Source: Candidatus Binatia bacterium
GTDB lineage: Bacteria > Desulfobacterota > Binatia > UBA9968 > JAJDTQ01
Length of the DNA: 64,000 nt
NCBI GenBank assembly: GCA_963666515.2
Contig: OY762897.2
Location: 2,080,001-2,144,000, forward strand
Direction: 5' to 3'
Both the position numbers and the translations under genes were made by a program. The notes under the pieces are model-generated. The model was not told the origin of the DNA. It searched no databases and worked only from the letters and a program-made list of their open reading frames with translations. Below are positions 20,177 through 29,237 of this stretch, piece after piece (within the stretch, counting starts at the first letter, position 1; each line of letters starts with the position of its first letter).

Positions 20177-21784
20177 TTAAGCGACGAGCTTCGCCTCATC
20201 GCAAATGGCATCGAGGTTCCTGGTGATGGCGGCAAAGCGCCGATGGGTCTTGGTATTGCCGCTCACGGCGTCGGGCGCAAGATGGGCCAGGCCGGGGCGA
20301 AGGATGCGGTTGTAGACACGCGTGTAGAACATCGCCACCTTGAGGCCGTGTTCGGTCAAGTGGTAGCGGTAGGCGCCGGGGATGCGCTCGATCAGGCCGT
20401 GCAGGCGCAGGCGTCTCAGGTCGTAACTCATTCGGCCCGGGCGCATTGGACTGGGATCGAGGCCCAGGAGTGCACCGAGGTGCCCGCGCAGGTCGCGGTT
20501 GGAGAAGCCGCGGGCCGAAAGAGTGAACAAGAGCAGGGCCTGCATCAGAGCCTGCACGCGCTCATCGGCGAAGCGCAGGGCCGAGGCGCGTTGTCCGTGG
20601 AACTCCAGGCCGCGTTGATGGCGTTGGAGTTCGTCTTCACCCAGGGCACAGTCGTGGCTGATGGTTTCTATCTGCAACAGACGACGGTTGGCTGTGAAGC
20701 CGACCTGGCACAACGCCGCCAGGTTAGACAGCCGCCGGCCCAGGGCGAAGTCATAGGTGTCGTTGACGGTGGTCTCGGTGCGCAGCGCCTGCCCTTCCTT
20801 GTGGTACTGCTTGATGCGCGAGTGCTTGTAGTCCACGTGCAAGGAAGGGGTGACGCCTGCGGTGATGACCCGGGTACGGAACCGACCGGGGGTGCGCCGG
20901 GTGACCCGGCGCTGGAAGATCAACTGCACCTGGCTGGGGCGACCGAGATCGAGGTTCTCGCGGATCACGTCCTCGAAAAAGACGCGGCCCGAGGCCGGGC
21001 GGTCGAGCACCTGGGTCAGGCTGAACTCCGCTTGCAGGATGGAGATGTCGTAGCGCAGACCGGCGCGACGGTCCTGAGGCGTATACGGATGCGGCAGGCG
21101 ATCGAACCACTTGCGCGCCAGTCTGTCGATGAAAGCGGCATCGAAGCCTTCGCAGATCTGTTGCAGCGCCTCGGGGTCTCCGCAGCAGCGCACGCCGTTG
21201 TCCAAAGCCTCGAACGGGATGCCGCGCTCGCGCAACTGGCACTTGGCGTACTCGTTGCCGTTGAGGCACAGCTTGCCGTTGTACGGGAAGTAGGTGCAGA
21301 ACTTGATGAAGAACGGCCCCGCCTGTTTGTCCACGCAATAGAAATACACATGGTTGACCATCGCGGTAGACGAGACCACCCACGGATAGGTGACCCCGGT
21401 GTCCGGGTTCCGGCGCCGCTCGGTGCGCATCACACGGGCCTTCTCCTGCGCTATCCCGATGTACAAAACCCCTTCGGTTCCCTTGAACCGCCCCAGGTAC
21501 TCCTGCGTCACCTCGTCCTTGCGCTGGCCCTTCTTGAAGTGCACCACCTCGATCTGCTCCCGCTCCGCAAAGTCCTTCACCGCCTGCACGAACTCCCGAC
21601 TCTTGGGCGCCAGCGCCACCGTCGACGCAAACCGCTGGCCATGGTGCTTGTGCAGATACCCCACTACCCCGCCCACGCTCTGCAACTGCGGCACATACAG
21701 GTTCAAGTACAGGCGATCCACCGACTCGTATTCCAGCGTCACGTGATCGCGCAATACTTCCGCTACGGTTTGTGGTAGGCTCAT
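20177..21784 (-). CDS. Putative transposase with Rep_trans-like core and C-terminal winged helix
   Basis: 535 aa from MSLPQTV; KQYHKEGQALRTETTVND; wHTH GFSNRDLR...SYDLRRLRLHGLIERIPGAYRYHLT. Confidence 0.65.
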   Translation of the reverse strand: MSLPQTVAEVLRDHVTLEYESVDRLYLNLYVPQLQSVGGVVGYLHKHHGQRFASTVALAPKSREFVQAVKDFAEREQIEVVHFKKGQRKDEVTQEYLGRFKGTEGVLYIGIAQEKARVMRTERRRNPDTGVTYPWVVSSTAMVNHVYFYCVDKQAGPFFIKFCTYFPYNGKLCLNGNEYAKCQLRERGIPFEALDNGVRCCGDPEALQQICEGFDAAFIDRLARKWFDRLPHPYTPQDRRAGLRYDISILQAEFSLTQVLDRPASGRVFFEDVIRENLDLGRPSQVQLIFQRRVTRRTPGRFRTRVITAGVTPSLHVDYKHSRIKQYHKEGQALRTETTVNDTYDFALGRRLSNLAALCQVGFTANRRLLQIETISHDCALGEDELQRHQRGLEFHGQRASALRFADERVQALMQALLLFTLSARGFSNRDLRGHLGALLGLDPSPMRPGRMSYDLRRLRLHGLIERIPGAYRYHLTEHGLKVAMFYTRVYNRILRPGLAHLAPDAVSGNTKTHRRFAAITRNLDAICDEAKLVA

Positions 21785-21788
21785 GTCC

Positions 21789-21930
21789 GGCTCCGGTTGC
21801 TTCGGGCTTTTATGCCCATTTGACCCTTTGAGGTCCGACCTTGCAAGGTCCCATGACCAGGGATTCAATCCCTGCTACAAGCGACCGGAGCCAATCCCCT
21901 TACCCCCTCGTCGGTCTGAGGCGAAGCCTC
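21789..21930. other. Multi-hairpin structured leader/end of the element
   Basis: Outer stem 21789-21802/21879-21892 enclosing four hairpins, plus GAGGC-GAA-GCCTC at 21918-21930. Confidence 0.7.
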
Positions 21931-22094
21931 GCTAGTCGTCGGCAGCGCCGCGGATTGCTTGCCCGGAAAACCGCGGCATGATTTGATCGTAGCAGGTCGA
22001 GGCGGTCGAGACGCTAGTCGCCGTGGCCGCGAAGAGGATTCCTAAAGAGTGCTGGGGAAAGGGTAGCGGCCGTGCATGAAACAGGGAGGCGGCG

Positions 22095-23342
22095 GTGAAG
22101 CTCGCCAAACTTGCGGTGATGCTGCTGGCCACGGCCCTGTCGGGGGCCGCCTTCGCCCAGACAACCCTCGTCCTCGAAAGCTGGCGGGACGACGACCGAA
22201 ACGTCTGGCGGAAGAACATCATACCGGCTTTCGAGGCCGCCCATCCCGGCATCAAGGTGCGGTTCCGGCCTTCCGCACCGGCCGACTACGATGCGGCCCT
22301 GAAGGCCCGGCTCAAGGCGGGCGCGGCCGGCGACCTGATCGCCTGCCGTCCGTTCGATGTCTCGATAGCCCTCTACGAGGCCGGACACCTCGCCGACCTC
22401 GGCAATCTCGACGGAATGGCCCGTTTCCCGGGTGTCGCGAAATCGGCTTGGCAGACCGATGACGGGGCCGTAACCTTCTGCGTTCCCGTGGCGTCCGTGA
22501 TCCACGGGTTTCTCTACAACCGGGAAGGGTTCCGTAAACTCGGACTCGATGCGCCCGAAACGGAAGATGAGTTTTTCGCGATCCTCGAAAGAATCCGCAA
22601 CGACGGCGCTTGGCTCCCGATGGCCCTGGGAGTCCGCGACCGGTGGGAAGCCGCGACCCTGGGCTACAACAACATCGGACCTGTCTACTGGAAGGGCGAG
22701 GAAGGCCGTCGAGCCCTTGTCGTCGGCCGGCAGAAATTGACCGACGAGCCGTGGGTGGCCCCCTTCCGGACCCTGTCCAGGTGGCGCCGCTATCTGGGCA
22801 AGGGGTATGAGACGCGGACCTACAAGGACAGCCAGGACCTCTTCGCCCTCGGCCGGGCGGCCGTCTATCCCGCCGGAAGCTGGGAGATCGCTGGTTTCAA
22901 CGCCCGGGCCAAGTTCACGATGGGCGCCTTCCGGCCACCCGTGCGAAAGGCCGGCGACGCCTGCTACATCTCCGACCACACCGACATGGCCATCGGCCTG
23001 AATACCGCCAGCCCGAACAAGGAGGCGGCGCGCGTCTTCCTCGACTGGGTGTCTTCGGCCGCCTTCGCTTCGCTCTACGCGCGGGTGCTGCCGGGGTTCT
23101 TTCCGCTGTCGGATCATCCGGTGGAAATAAACGACCCGCTGGCCCGGACCTTCCTTTCCTGGCGTGACGAATGCCGTTCGACCATCCGTTTCGCGTCCCG
23201 CATCCTGTCGCGCGGAACGCCGAACCTGGAACGCGAGACCTGGAATGCCTCGGTCGCCGCGATCCGTGGCACGGCGCCCGCGCAGGAACTCGGCGCCCGG
23301 CTGCAGAAACAACTGGCACGCTGGTACGCGCCGCATCAGTAG
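22095..23342 (+). CDS. Sugar ABC transporter substrate-binding protein (orphan)
   Basis: Signal peptide, GGAGG RBS, ESWRDDD, GDLIACRPFD, VIHGFLYN; no permease adjacent. Confidence 0.88.
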   Translation: MKLAKLAVMLLATALSGAAFAQTTLVLESWRDDDRNVWRKNIIPAFEAAHPGIKVRFRPSAPADYDAALKARLKAGAAGDLIACRPFDVSIALYEAGHLADLGNLDGMARFPGVAKSAWQTDDGAVTFCVPVASVIHGFLYNREGFRKLGLDAPETEDEFFAILERIRNDGAWLPMALGVRDRWEAATLGYNNIGPVYWKGEEGRRALVVGRQKLTDEPWVAPFRTLSRWRRYLGKGYETRTYKDSQDLFALGRAAVYPAGSWEIAGFNARAKFTMGAFRPPVRKAGDACYISDHTDMAIGLNTASPNKEAARVFLDWVSSAAFASLYARVLPGFFPLSDHPVEINDPLARTFLSWRDECRSTIRFASRILSRGTPNLERETWNASVAAIRGTAPAQELGARLQKQLARWYAPHQ

Positions 23343-23429
23343 ATGCCGGCACGCTCGTGTCCTGGGGCGTCCGTCGATCCGAGTTCTCTGCGGCCGCGGG
23401 TGGAAGGGTCCGTGCTGCGCTAGCCGCGT

Positions 23430-23600
23430 ATCAAGCCAGGAACCCGCACTCTCGACGGCACCGATATACAGCATGACGAAGACCGTCTTGGCCGCGATCT
23501 CACGGGTTACGTAGTTTCGATTCGTGGTTCCGTCAGGGAAAATCGCCAGCAACCGCTCCTGAATGTCGGCAACGGGCAACAGTGGCGGGTATGGCATCAT
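23430..23600 (-). pseudogene. 5' fragment (about 56 codons) of a BsuBI/PstI-type restriction endonuclease
   Basis: IQERLLAIFPDGTTNRNYVTREIAAKTVFVMLYIGAVE; ATGA-coupled to the MTase; afterwards runs antisense into the SBP gene; breakpoint approximate. Confidence 0.65.
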
Positions 23601-25389
23601 CCGGCCCCGTTGCCGTACAGGTGCTCCACGACCCGTTCGAGAGTCTCGCGCTTCGCCCTTTTCTTCACCAACCGCTCGACTTCCTCCATTTCCTGGGGTG
23701 ACGGCAACGGCAGTGCTTCCATCTCGTAGGCCGAGACGGCCACGCTACCGTTGATGCACCGGAATACCTGGTCGACGACGTGACTGTTCAAGAGGGCTGC
23801 CAACGCCGCCGGCGCCACCTTCGGGGTGTCGTCAAGCGGTTTGATCATGTTCAAGTGATTCTCGACGACAACCGCACCGTACTCGTCCATAAACGGCTCG
23901 GGCAGTTCCACCGCGATCAAACGCCGGCATTGCTCCTTGGCCGTCGTCCTTTGCAACAGCACGCACGGTGATCCGTCACGACCCAGGTCTCGTTTGCGTT
24001 CGGCTCAAAATAGGGTTTGTGGTTTCGCTTGTCCGCCCTGAACTCGAACACGCCATCGGACCGTACGGATTCAGCCCAGATCAAAGGATAGCGTCCCTTT
24101 CCCGGTCGGTCCCGCAGGCTCTCCTTGTGGCGGTTCCACACCAGTGGTCCCGTACTGACCGTGTAACCGTAGTCCGCCAACCGATGGGGCATCTCGTCAA
24201 CCCGCCGTACCAGCGCGTCTTGTGCTTCCTTCCTGGGCATCAGCCACGGATGGTCCACGGTCTCGGGCAAGTTGAACGAGCCTGTGGGGTTCGTCTCGAT
24301 ACAGCCGTCTGGTTCCGGTGTGACGAAATGCACCTCTCCGGCTGTTGGATCCCCTCCGTGTCGGTAGGTTGCCAAGAGCGTTTCCTGCAGCACGTTGGCG
24401 AACACGCCCTTGCGTGCTCCGATGAAATCAATCCTCACCGGCGGCGCTTCCCGTCCCAGCAATCCGCGTAGCGCCTTGAAATACTCCCCGGCCAGGAAAC
24501 TCGTCGGGGTCACGAAAGCAATGATCCCGCCCGGCCGCGAGAAACGGAGCGCCAAGTCCGTGAACACGCCGTACAGGTTCGCATGGCCGAACAGGCTACG
24601 CCGATATTTCTTGCGCAACCACGACGACAGCGTGATGCGCCCGTAGGGCGGATTCCCCACCACCAAATCGAACCCTTCTTCCCCCGGCATCTGGTCGAGA
24701 CTGTCGCACACACGCACGACGGACCGAAGCCGGATGCCTGGTTCGCCGTACAGTCCACCGAGCGTCACATCGAGAAACACCTGCGACATCCAAGCCGCAA
24801 ACGGGTCCAGCTCGAACCCGATCAAGCGACGTTGTATGTCCCTCAGAGCAGCATTGGCGCTGCGGTCCTTGAGGCATTCCGCCATGCGCCGGGCCACCGG
24901 AGACAAGAAGGCGCCCCCGCCACAAGCCGGGTCCAGCACCCGGGCCGAAAGCCAGTCGACGCCGGCGTACGTCGCCATATCCAACAGCCGCTCGCACAGT
25001 GCTGGCGGGGTGTAGTACGCGCCCAACTGCGCCCGGAACGTGCTGGGCATCATCCCGGTGTAAAGCGTTCCGATCATGTAGCCGGTGTCCGCGACATCCA
25101 ACTCGGAAGCCGCCGTCCCGATGCTTTCCGCCAACTCCGCTGCTTCCTCTGAGACCGCAGGAAGCTCTATCTCGGACGGGACGTTGCGGAGTGCCCAACC
25201 TCGACCGGACACCGCATCGACGTGCGTCCAGTAAGCGGAGATTGCGCCGAAGACGACCGCCCGCGCGAAGTCCAATCGGGCTTCGCCGGTGACCGACGAC
25301 GCCAGTGTCCGGGCGCTCGACGATAGATGCTCAACCATCGACCGGGCTGACATTGCCGGATCCCTCTCTCCGTTCGCCGCCAAATTCAC
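23597..25389 (-). pseudogene. N6-adenine DNA methyltransferase (Eco57I/BsuBI-like), frameshifted
   Basis: GAYYTP, LDPACGGGAF, VVGNPPY; frame changes at about 23967, and one added base restores DHPCVLLQRTTAKEQ. Confidence 0.82.
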
Positions 25390-25396
25390 CACCCCC
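25244..25396. repeat. Diverged direct repeat, copy A (5' end of MTase gene)
   Basis: 153 bp ungapped match to 34843-34995; 25 mismatches by hand count. Confidence 0.9.
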
Positions 25397-25479
25397 GTCG
25401 TCACGATGCCTCGGGTCCCGTATTCAACCGCCGGACCTGTCTCTCCCGGATAACACATGCACCCGACGGGTTCCTTGGG

Positions 25480-27027
25480 TCAAGGGTGGGAGTTTTCCCC
25501 GAACGCCTTGAGGTACGCGGCCTCGATCCGCACCACCTCTTCCTCGGTCAGCGCCGCGAATTCGTTCTCGCGACGACGGCGGGGCAGTGTCCCGCCGTTC
25601 TGTTGCAGGAAGCGAAACAGGAGGTCGGCCAGACGGTCCGGCAGATCGAGCATCACGTCCAGGTCGGCACGGAACGCATCGTATCGTTTCAGGAAAGCCG
25701 CTTCTACGGGCAAATCGTGCTCCACGGTCCGCTGCACGCACGCGTACAGGAACTCCGTTTGGGGCGTGGCATCGAAGAACCGATAGAAGTCCCCGGTGTC
25801 CGTGAGCACGCGGACATTGCCGTTGTCGGTCGCCTCCCAGTCCACGACCGGCAGAAGCCTCCGCGAATAGTCCTCAAGCGCCGCCCGGTAGCCCTCCATC
25901 CGGTCCAGGATCACGGCCGAGACCGGGAAGACGACGCCCGGCGGGTTGAATCCGCGTTCCGCCAGGACGTGGTGCATCAGGTAGCGATGCAACCTGCCGT
26001 TGCCGTCCTCGAAGGGATGGATGAACACGAACCCGAACGCGAGGACCGACGCGGCCACAACCGGATCGAGCTGCCGCGCGGCCTGCCTGTCGAAGGCGGT
26101 TACGCCGTCGATGAGCCGTGTCAGGTCCTCGGGCCGGGCGCTGATGTGAACCGGGATCGGCATGCGCGTGTCGCGATCGTGCTCGCCGACAAAACCGCCC
26201 TCGGTCCGCAGGCCGGGACGCAGGAAACGAAAATCGCCTACTACGATGCGCTGCAAACGCTGCAACTCTTCGAGGTCAATGGGTTGTCCGCCGGCTTGGG
26301 CGATGGCGCGGCCCCACCGTTGAACGCGGTCCTCCCGGGGACGCTCGCCCTCGATGGCGAAGCTGGACCTGGAGTCCTTCAGCAAAAGGAAAGCGGCGGT
26401 TCTTGCCAGCAGATCGCGCGGCACGGCGGCGGCCGCCTGCCGGGCGCGTACTTGCAACTCCATGCGGACAAAGCGCTCCAGCACATCCGTTCGAAACACC
26501 AGCGGACAGAAATCCGGCGTGCCGGGCAGGTTGTTCTTGACCCGATGCCGGGACGAAATCTGCGCGGGCGCTGCGTATTGCTGATCCGGATCGACCACGT
26601 GCGGGTACATGCCGCGATCGGCGTCCGGCAGACCCAGACGCTGTCCGGTCAACCATTCGTAGAGGAACCACATACGCCGCGCGTACGAGCCCGTCGGCTT
26701 TGCCCGGACGATCGCCTCGACGGGTCCGGGACCGGCCGCGGCGAAGAGGCGCTTGAGAACGGCCAGGTCGAGTCCTTCGTATTTGAGAGCGAAGGTCAGG
26801 TGATCTTCAAGTGTGGGATCCGGAGCATAGCGGGGCGGGTAGATGCGCCAGCCGCCTTCTTCGATGCGTCTGTGGCGTTCTCCCACCGCACTGAGGGTGC
26901 GGGGCAACGGCACACGCAGACCATAGGCCCCGATCAGCGCGGCATAGCCGGCCGGGGAGGCTGGAACAGGGAGGCGCCGCTCGTGAAAAACAGTAACGGG
27001 GCCTGCGAAACGATTATGACGGAGCAT
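25480..27027 (-). CDS. Fic domain protein
   Basis: Complete HPFEDGNGRLHR motif and upstream inhibitory SFAIEG motif. Confidence 0.92.
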   Translation of the reverse strand: MLRHNRFAGPVTVFHERRLPVPASPAGYAALIGAYGLRVPLPRTLSAVGERHRRIEEGGWRIYPPRYAPDPTLEDHLTFALKYEGLDLAVLKRLFAAAGPGPVEAIVRAKPTGSYARRMWFLYEWLTGQRLGLPDADRGMYPHVVDPDQQYAAPAQISSRHRVKNNLPGTPDFCPLVFRTDVLERFVRMELQVRARQAAAAVPRDLLARTAAFLLLKDSRSSFAIEGERPREDRVQRWGRAIAQAGGQPIDLEELQRLQRIVVGDFRFLRPGLRTEGGFVGEHDRDTRMPIPVHISARPEDLTRLIDGVTAFDRQAARQLDPVVAASVLAFGFVFIHPFEDGNGRLHRYLMHHVLAERGFNPPGVVFPVSAVILDRMEGYRAALEDYSRRLLPVVDWEATDNGNVRVLTDTGDFYRFFDATPQTEFLYACVQRTVEHDLPVEAAFLKRYDAFRADLDVMLDLPDRLADLLFRFLQQNGGTLPRRRRENEFAALTEEEVVRIEAAYLKAFGENSHP

Positions 27028-27161
27028 GGTCTCAATATCCGATAACAGACGTTGAAGTTTGATGAAAAATAGTAACACATGGCGTGAGGTTAGAAAAGAC
27101 CGTCTGGTCGAGAACCGCCCATCCGGTTGATTTTGATTCGACAAGACTCGATATTCATGGC

Positions 27162-27848
27162 CTAATCTGCCTTCGCCTGCCTCCGCATGAACCCCTTGCC
27201 CGTTAGGCAGGTCCTCACATATCTCCAGCGATCCGAGGGAGTCGGGTCCATCAAGCCTCCCCGTCCCCCGCCAATTGCATCATACGCCGCCATCACGCAC
27301 TCCGATCTGGCTTTCTCCTGATCGCTTGGCGTCATCGTCGGATGCGCCCACAGAGCCCATGATCCCAGGTCCTCCCACTCTTCCTGGGTCATCCTCGTAA
27401 ACCCTTCGCTCATCAGACATAGGGAGTTGTTGCTGCGGATGTACGCCTCGCGATCCCTGCGCGACAACTGCAAGCTGCCCTCCTGCGCTTCCTTGGCGCA
27501 TTTCGCGTAGATTTTCATGGCTGCCTTAGAGTCCATGCCCGGAGGGGCGATGTGATAGATGGTAGGGGATGACTCGAAAAGACCGAGTTGAAACCCCGTC
27601 ACCACGGTCCCCAGGACAAGAAGGACGCCAGCGACCAGCAGCACAGGCTTCCAGGGAATGCGATACTGTCTCAACCGCCGAACAAGAAGCCATAGAATTG
27701 TGCCAAATCCGATGAGGATCAGCAGTAGTGCGGCCAATCCCACCAAAGCTGCCACGTCCCATCTCGCATCGCGAAGCGCCTCCCATGTGGCCTCGGACAT
27801 AAGCACCAAACCAAATTGTCGTATAAACTCCACAACCTTTGCGTACAT
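27162..27848 (-). CDS. Membrane-anchored hypothetical protein with two Cys-pair modules
   Basis: GGAG RBS, two TM helices, repeated C...A...Y...CL...GF unit. Confidence 0.65.
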   Translation of the reverse strand: MYAKVVEFIRQFGLVLMSEATWEALRDARWDVAALVGLAALLLILIGFGTILWLLVRRLRQYRIPWKPVLLVAGVLLVLGTVVTGFQLGLFESSPTIYHIAPPGMDSKAAMKIYAKCAKEAQEGSLQLSRRDREAYIRSNNSLCLMSEGFTRMTQEEWEDLGSWALWAHPTMTPSDQEKARSECVMAAYDAIGGGRGGLMDPTPSDRWRYVRTCLTGKGFMRRQAKAD

Positions 27849-28046
27849 CAGCTCTCCGTCCCCTGTTCACGGCAGGGATTCAAGCCCACTACGGATACCT
27901 TCAGTTCTTTACCCTTCGCAAGCTGGGTCGGCTAACAGCTCGCCGTGTCGGCCCACAACCATGCGGCTAGAGTGGCCGACAGCGCGGTCCTGGACACGTT
28001 TGGACACGTAGACCTTGGCACCCGAAGGTGGTGAACGGATCGGTTG

Positions 28047-29237
28047 TCATGGACGCAAAGCGAGAGAAGCTGTTTTCGCGTCGTAGCAATACTGGGTGAT
28101 GGTTCCGTCTCGGATCTTCTCGACGGCATCGTCGATCGCGCCAAGGGGCACCAGGAACCACTCGTGCGGGACAACAGGATTGCCGAAACGATCCTTGATC
28201 TCGACCTCAAGTCGCACTGGAGCAAAGATGCGGTGGATCAGGTTCTCCAGCTTGCTGCGGTTGATGTTGTAGAGCTTGTAAGTAGCGACGACCTCAACAT
28301 CCGCCATCAGGAACGTCGGTTGAAGCCTTGCGCCTGCTATGCGCTCTTCAACACCTGCATTCGTGACGCCGATCTTGTGGACCAGTTCGCGGTTCTCCGC
28401 GATGAACGGAAAATCGGATTTGCTTCTCAGGACATAGATCGTTCCGCTGGCCTCGTCGCCGTCTGCCGTCTGGTCGGCAAACAGGGGGCCGGCCGTGGCA
28501 TCGGCAATCCTTCTGCCCGCGGCATCCTTGTGCAGCGCACGCTGAAGCGAGCGCATGAGCATGTTGTTTTCGGTGCCGTTGTCAAAAATCACGCGTAGCC
28601 GGGCGTCCGTGTCGCCATACTGTTGCGTGAACTGCTTCCCTATTTCGGCCACATAGGCCTTCTGGCCGCCGACGATGAAGAACCGGCCTGGTTGGATTTC
28701 AGCCTTGAGCTCGACCGGACAGGTCTCGCGGATGCCCATATCGAGTTCTTTCTGGACCTGCTCAAAGAGCGGTCTGAACGTCTCGAAGTCCTCGCATTTC
28801 CGGCGGGTGGCGACTTCCTCCGTCGCGCGCCTTTCGGCAGTCGATCTCACATGGCGAAGCTCGGTAATGTCTGGCGCCCTGGCCTCAACGCCGAGTTCGG
28901 CCAACAGTGCATCATCATCCATGTCGTCAGGCAACGGCGATGTCGTTGCAGCTACACCCGTCAGGAGCGCGTGACGGTCGATGGGCGCAAGCAGCGAGCG
29001 GGATTCTTCCTGTTCGCGGATACGATCCAGCCTGACCGCATGGAGTCGCTCGAAAACGTCGCGGTCCTCGCCATGCTGTGGCGCGCGGCCATGCGCCTCA
29101 ACGAACCGCTGGATTTCTTCAAAGCCTGCTATGATCCGTTCATCGCGTGGCGTGCGGCTGGCCGCCTTCACGGGTTCGACCTCGACCCCGAGGTCGGCAA
29201 GAAGGGCGTCGTCCTCTTCCGTGAAGTCCTTAGACAT
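28047..29237 (-). CDS. GIY-YIG/T5orf172 nuclease-domain protein, YeeC-like
   Basis: GTIYVL...HKIGVT...EERI, LENLIHRIF, PHEWFLV; overlaps the helicase stop. Confidence 0.85.
   Translation of the reverse strand: MSKDFTEEDDALLADLGVEVEPVKAASRTPRDERIIAGFEEIQRFVEAHGRAPQHGEDRDVFERLHAVRLDRIREQEESRSLLAPIDRHALLTGVAATTSPLPDDMDDDALLAELGVEARAPDITELRHVRSTAERRATEEVATRRKCEDFETFRPLFEQVQKELDMGIRETCPVELKAEIQPGRFFIVGGQKAYVAEIGKQFTQQYGDTDARLRVIFDNGTENNMLMRSLQRALHKDAAGRRIADATAGPLFADQTADGDEASGTIYVLRSKSDFPFIAENRELVHKIGVTNAGVEERIAGARLQPTFLMADVEVVATYKLYNINRSKLENLIHRIFAPVRLEVEIKDRFGNPVVPHEWFLVPLGAIDDAVEKIRDGTITQYCYDAKTASLALRP

Larger units (their letters stand above)
20065..21935 (-). mobile_element. Putative IS-like element without TIRs, CTAG-bounded, single ORF
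   Basis: CTAG at 20065-20068 and 21932-21935, subterminal hairpins at both ends; joining the flanks restores the palindrome CGACTAGTCG. Confidence 0.7.

Noticed and set aside
20111-21778. 555-aa ORF antisense to the putative transposase
   Set aside because: Mirrors the minus-strand gene, TTG start, no recognisable motifs
22012-22020. Second CGCTAGTCG as an alternative right end of the element
   Set aside because: Also regenerates CGACTAGTCG, but lacks the abutting hairpin and lies in the SBP upstream region; 21935 preferred, though this is not excluded without other copies
22014-23600. 528-aa ORF as an intact restriction enzyme
   Set aside because: Only the first 56 or so codons look REase-like; the rest is antisense to the SBP gene
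27868-27900. tRNA-like GGATTCAAGCCC segment
   Set aside because: No cloverleaf or acceptor stem can be built
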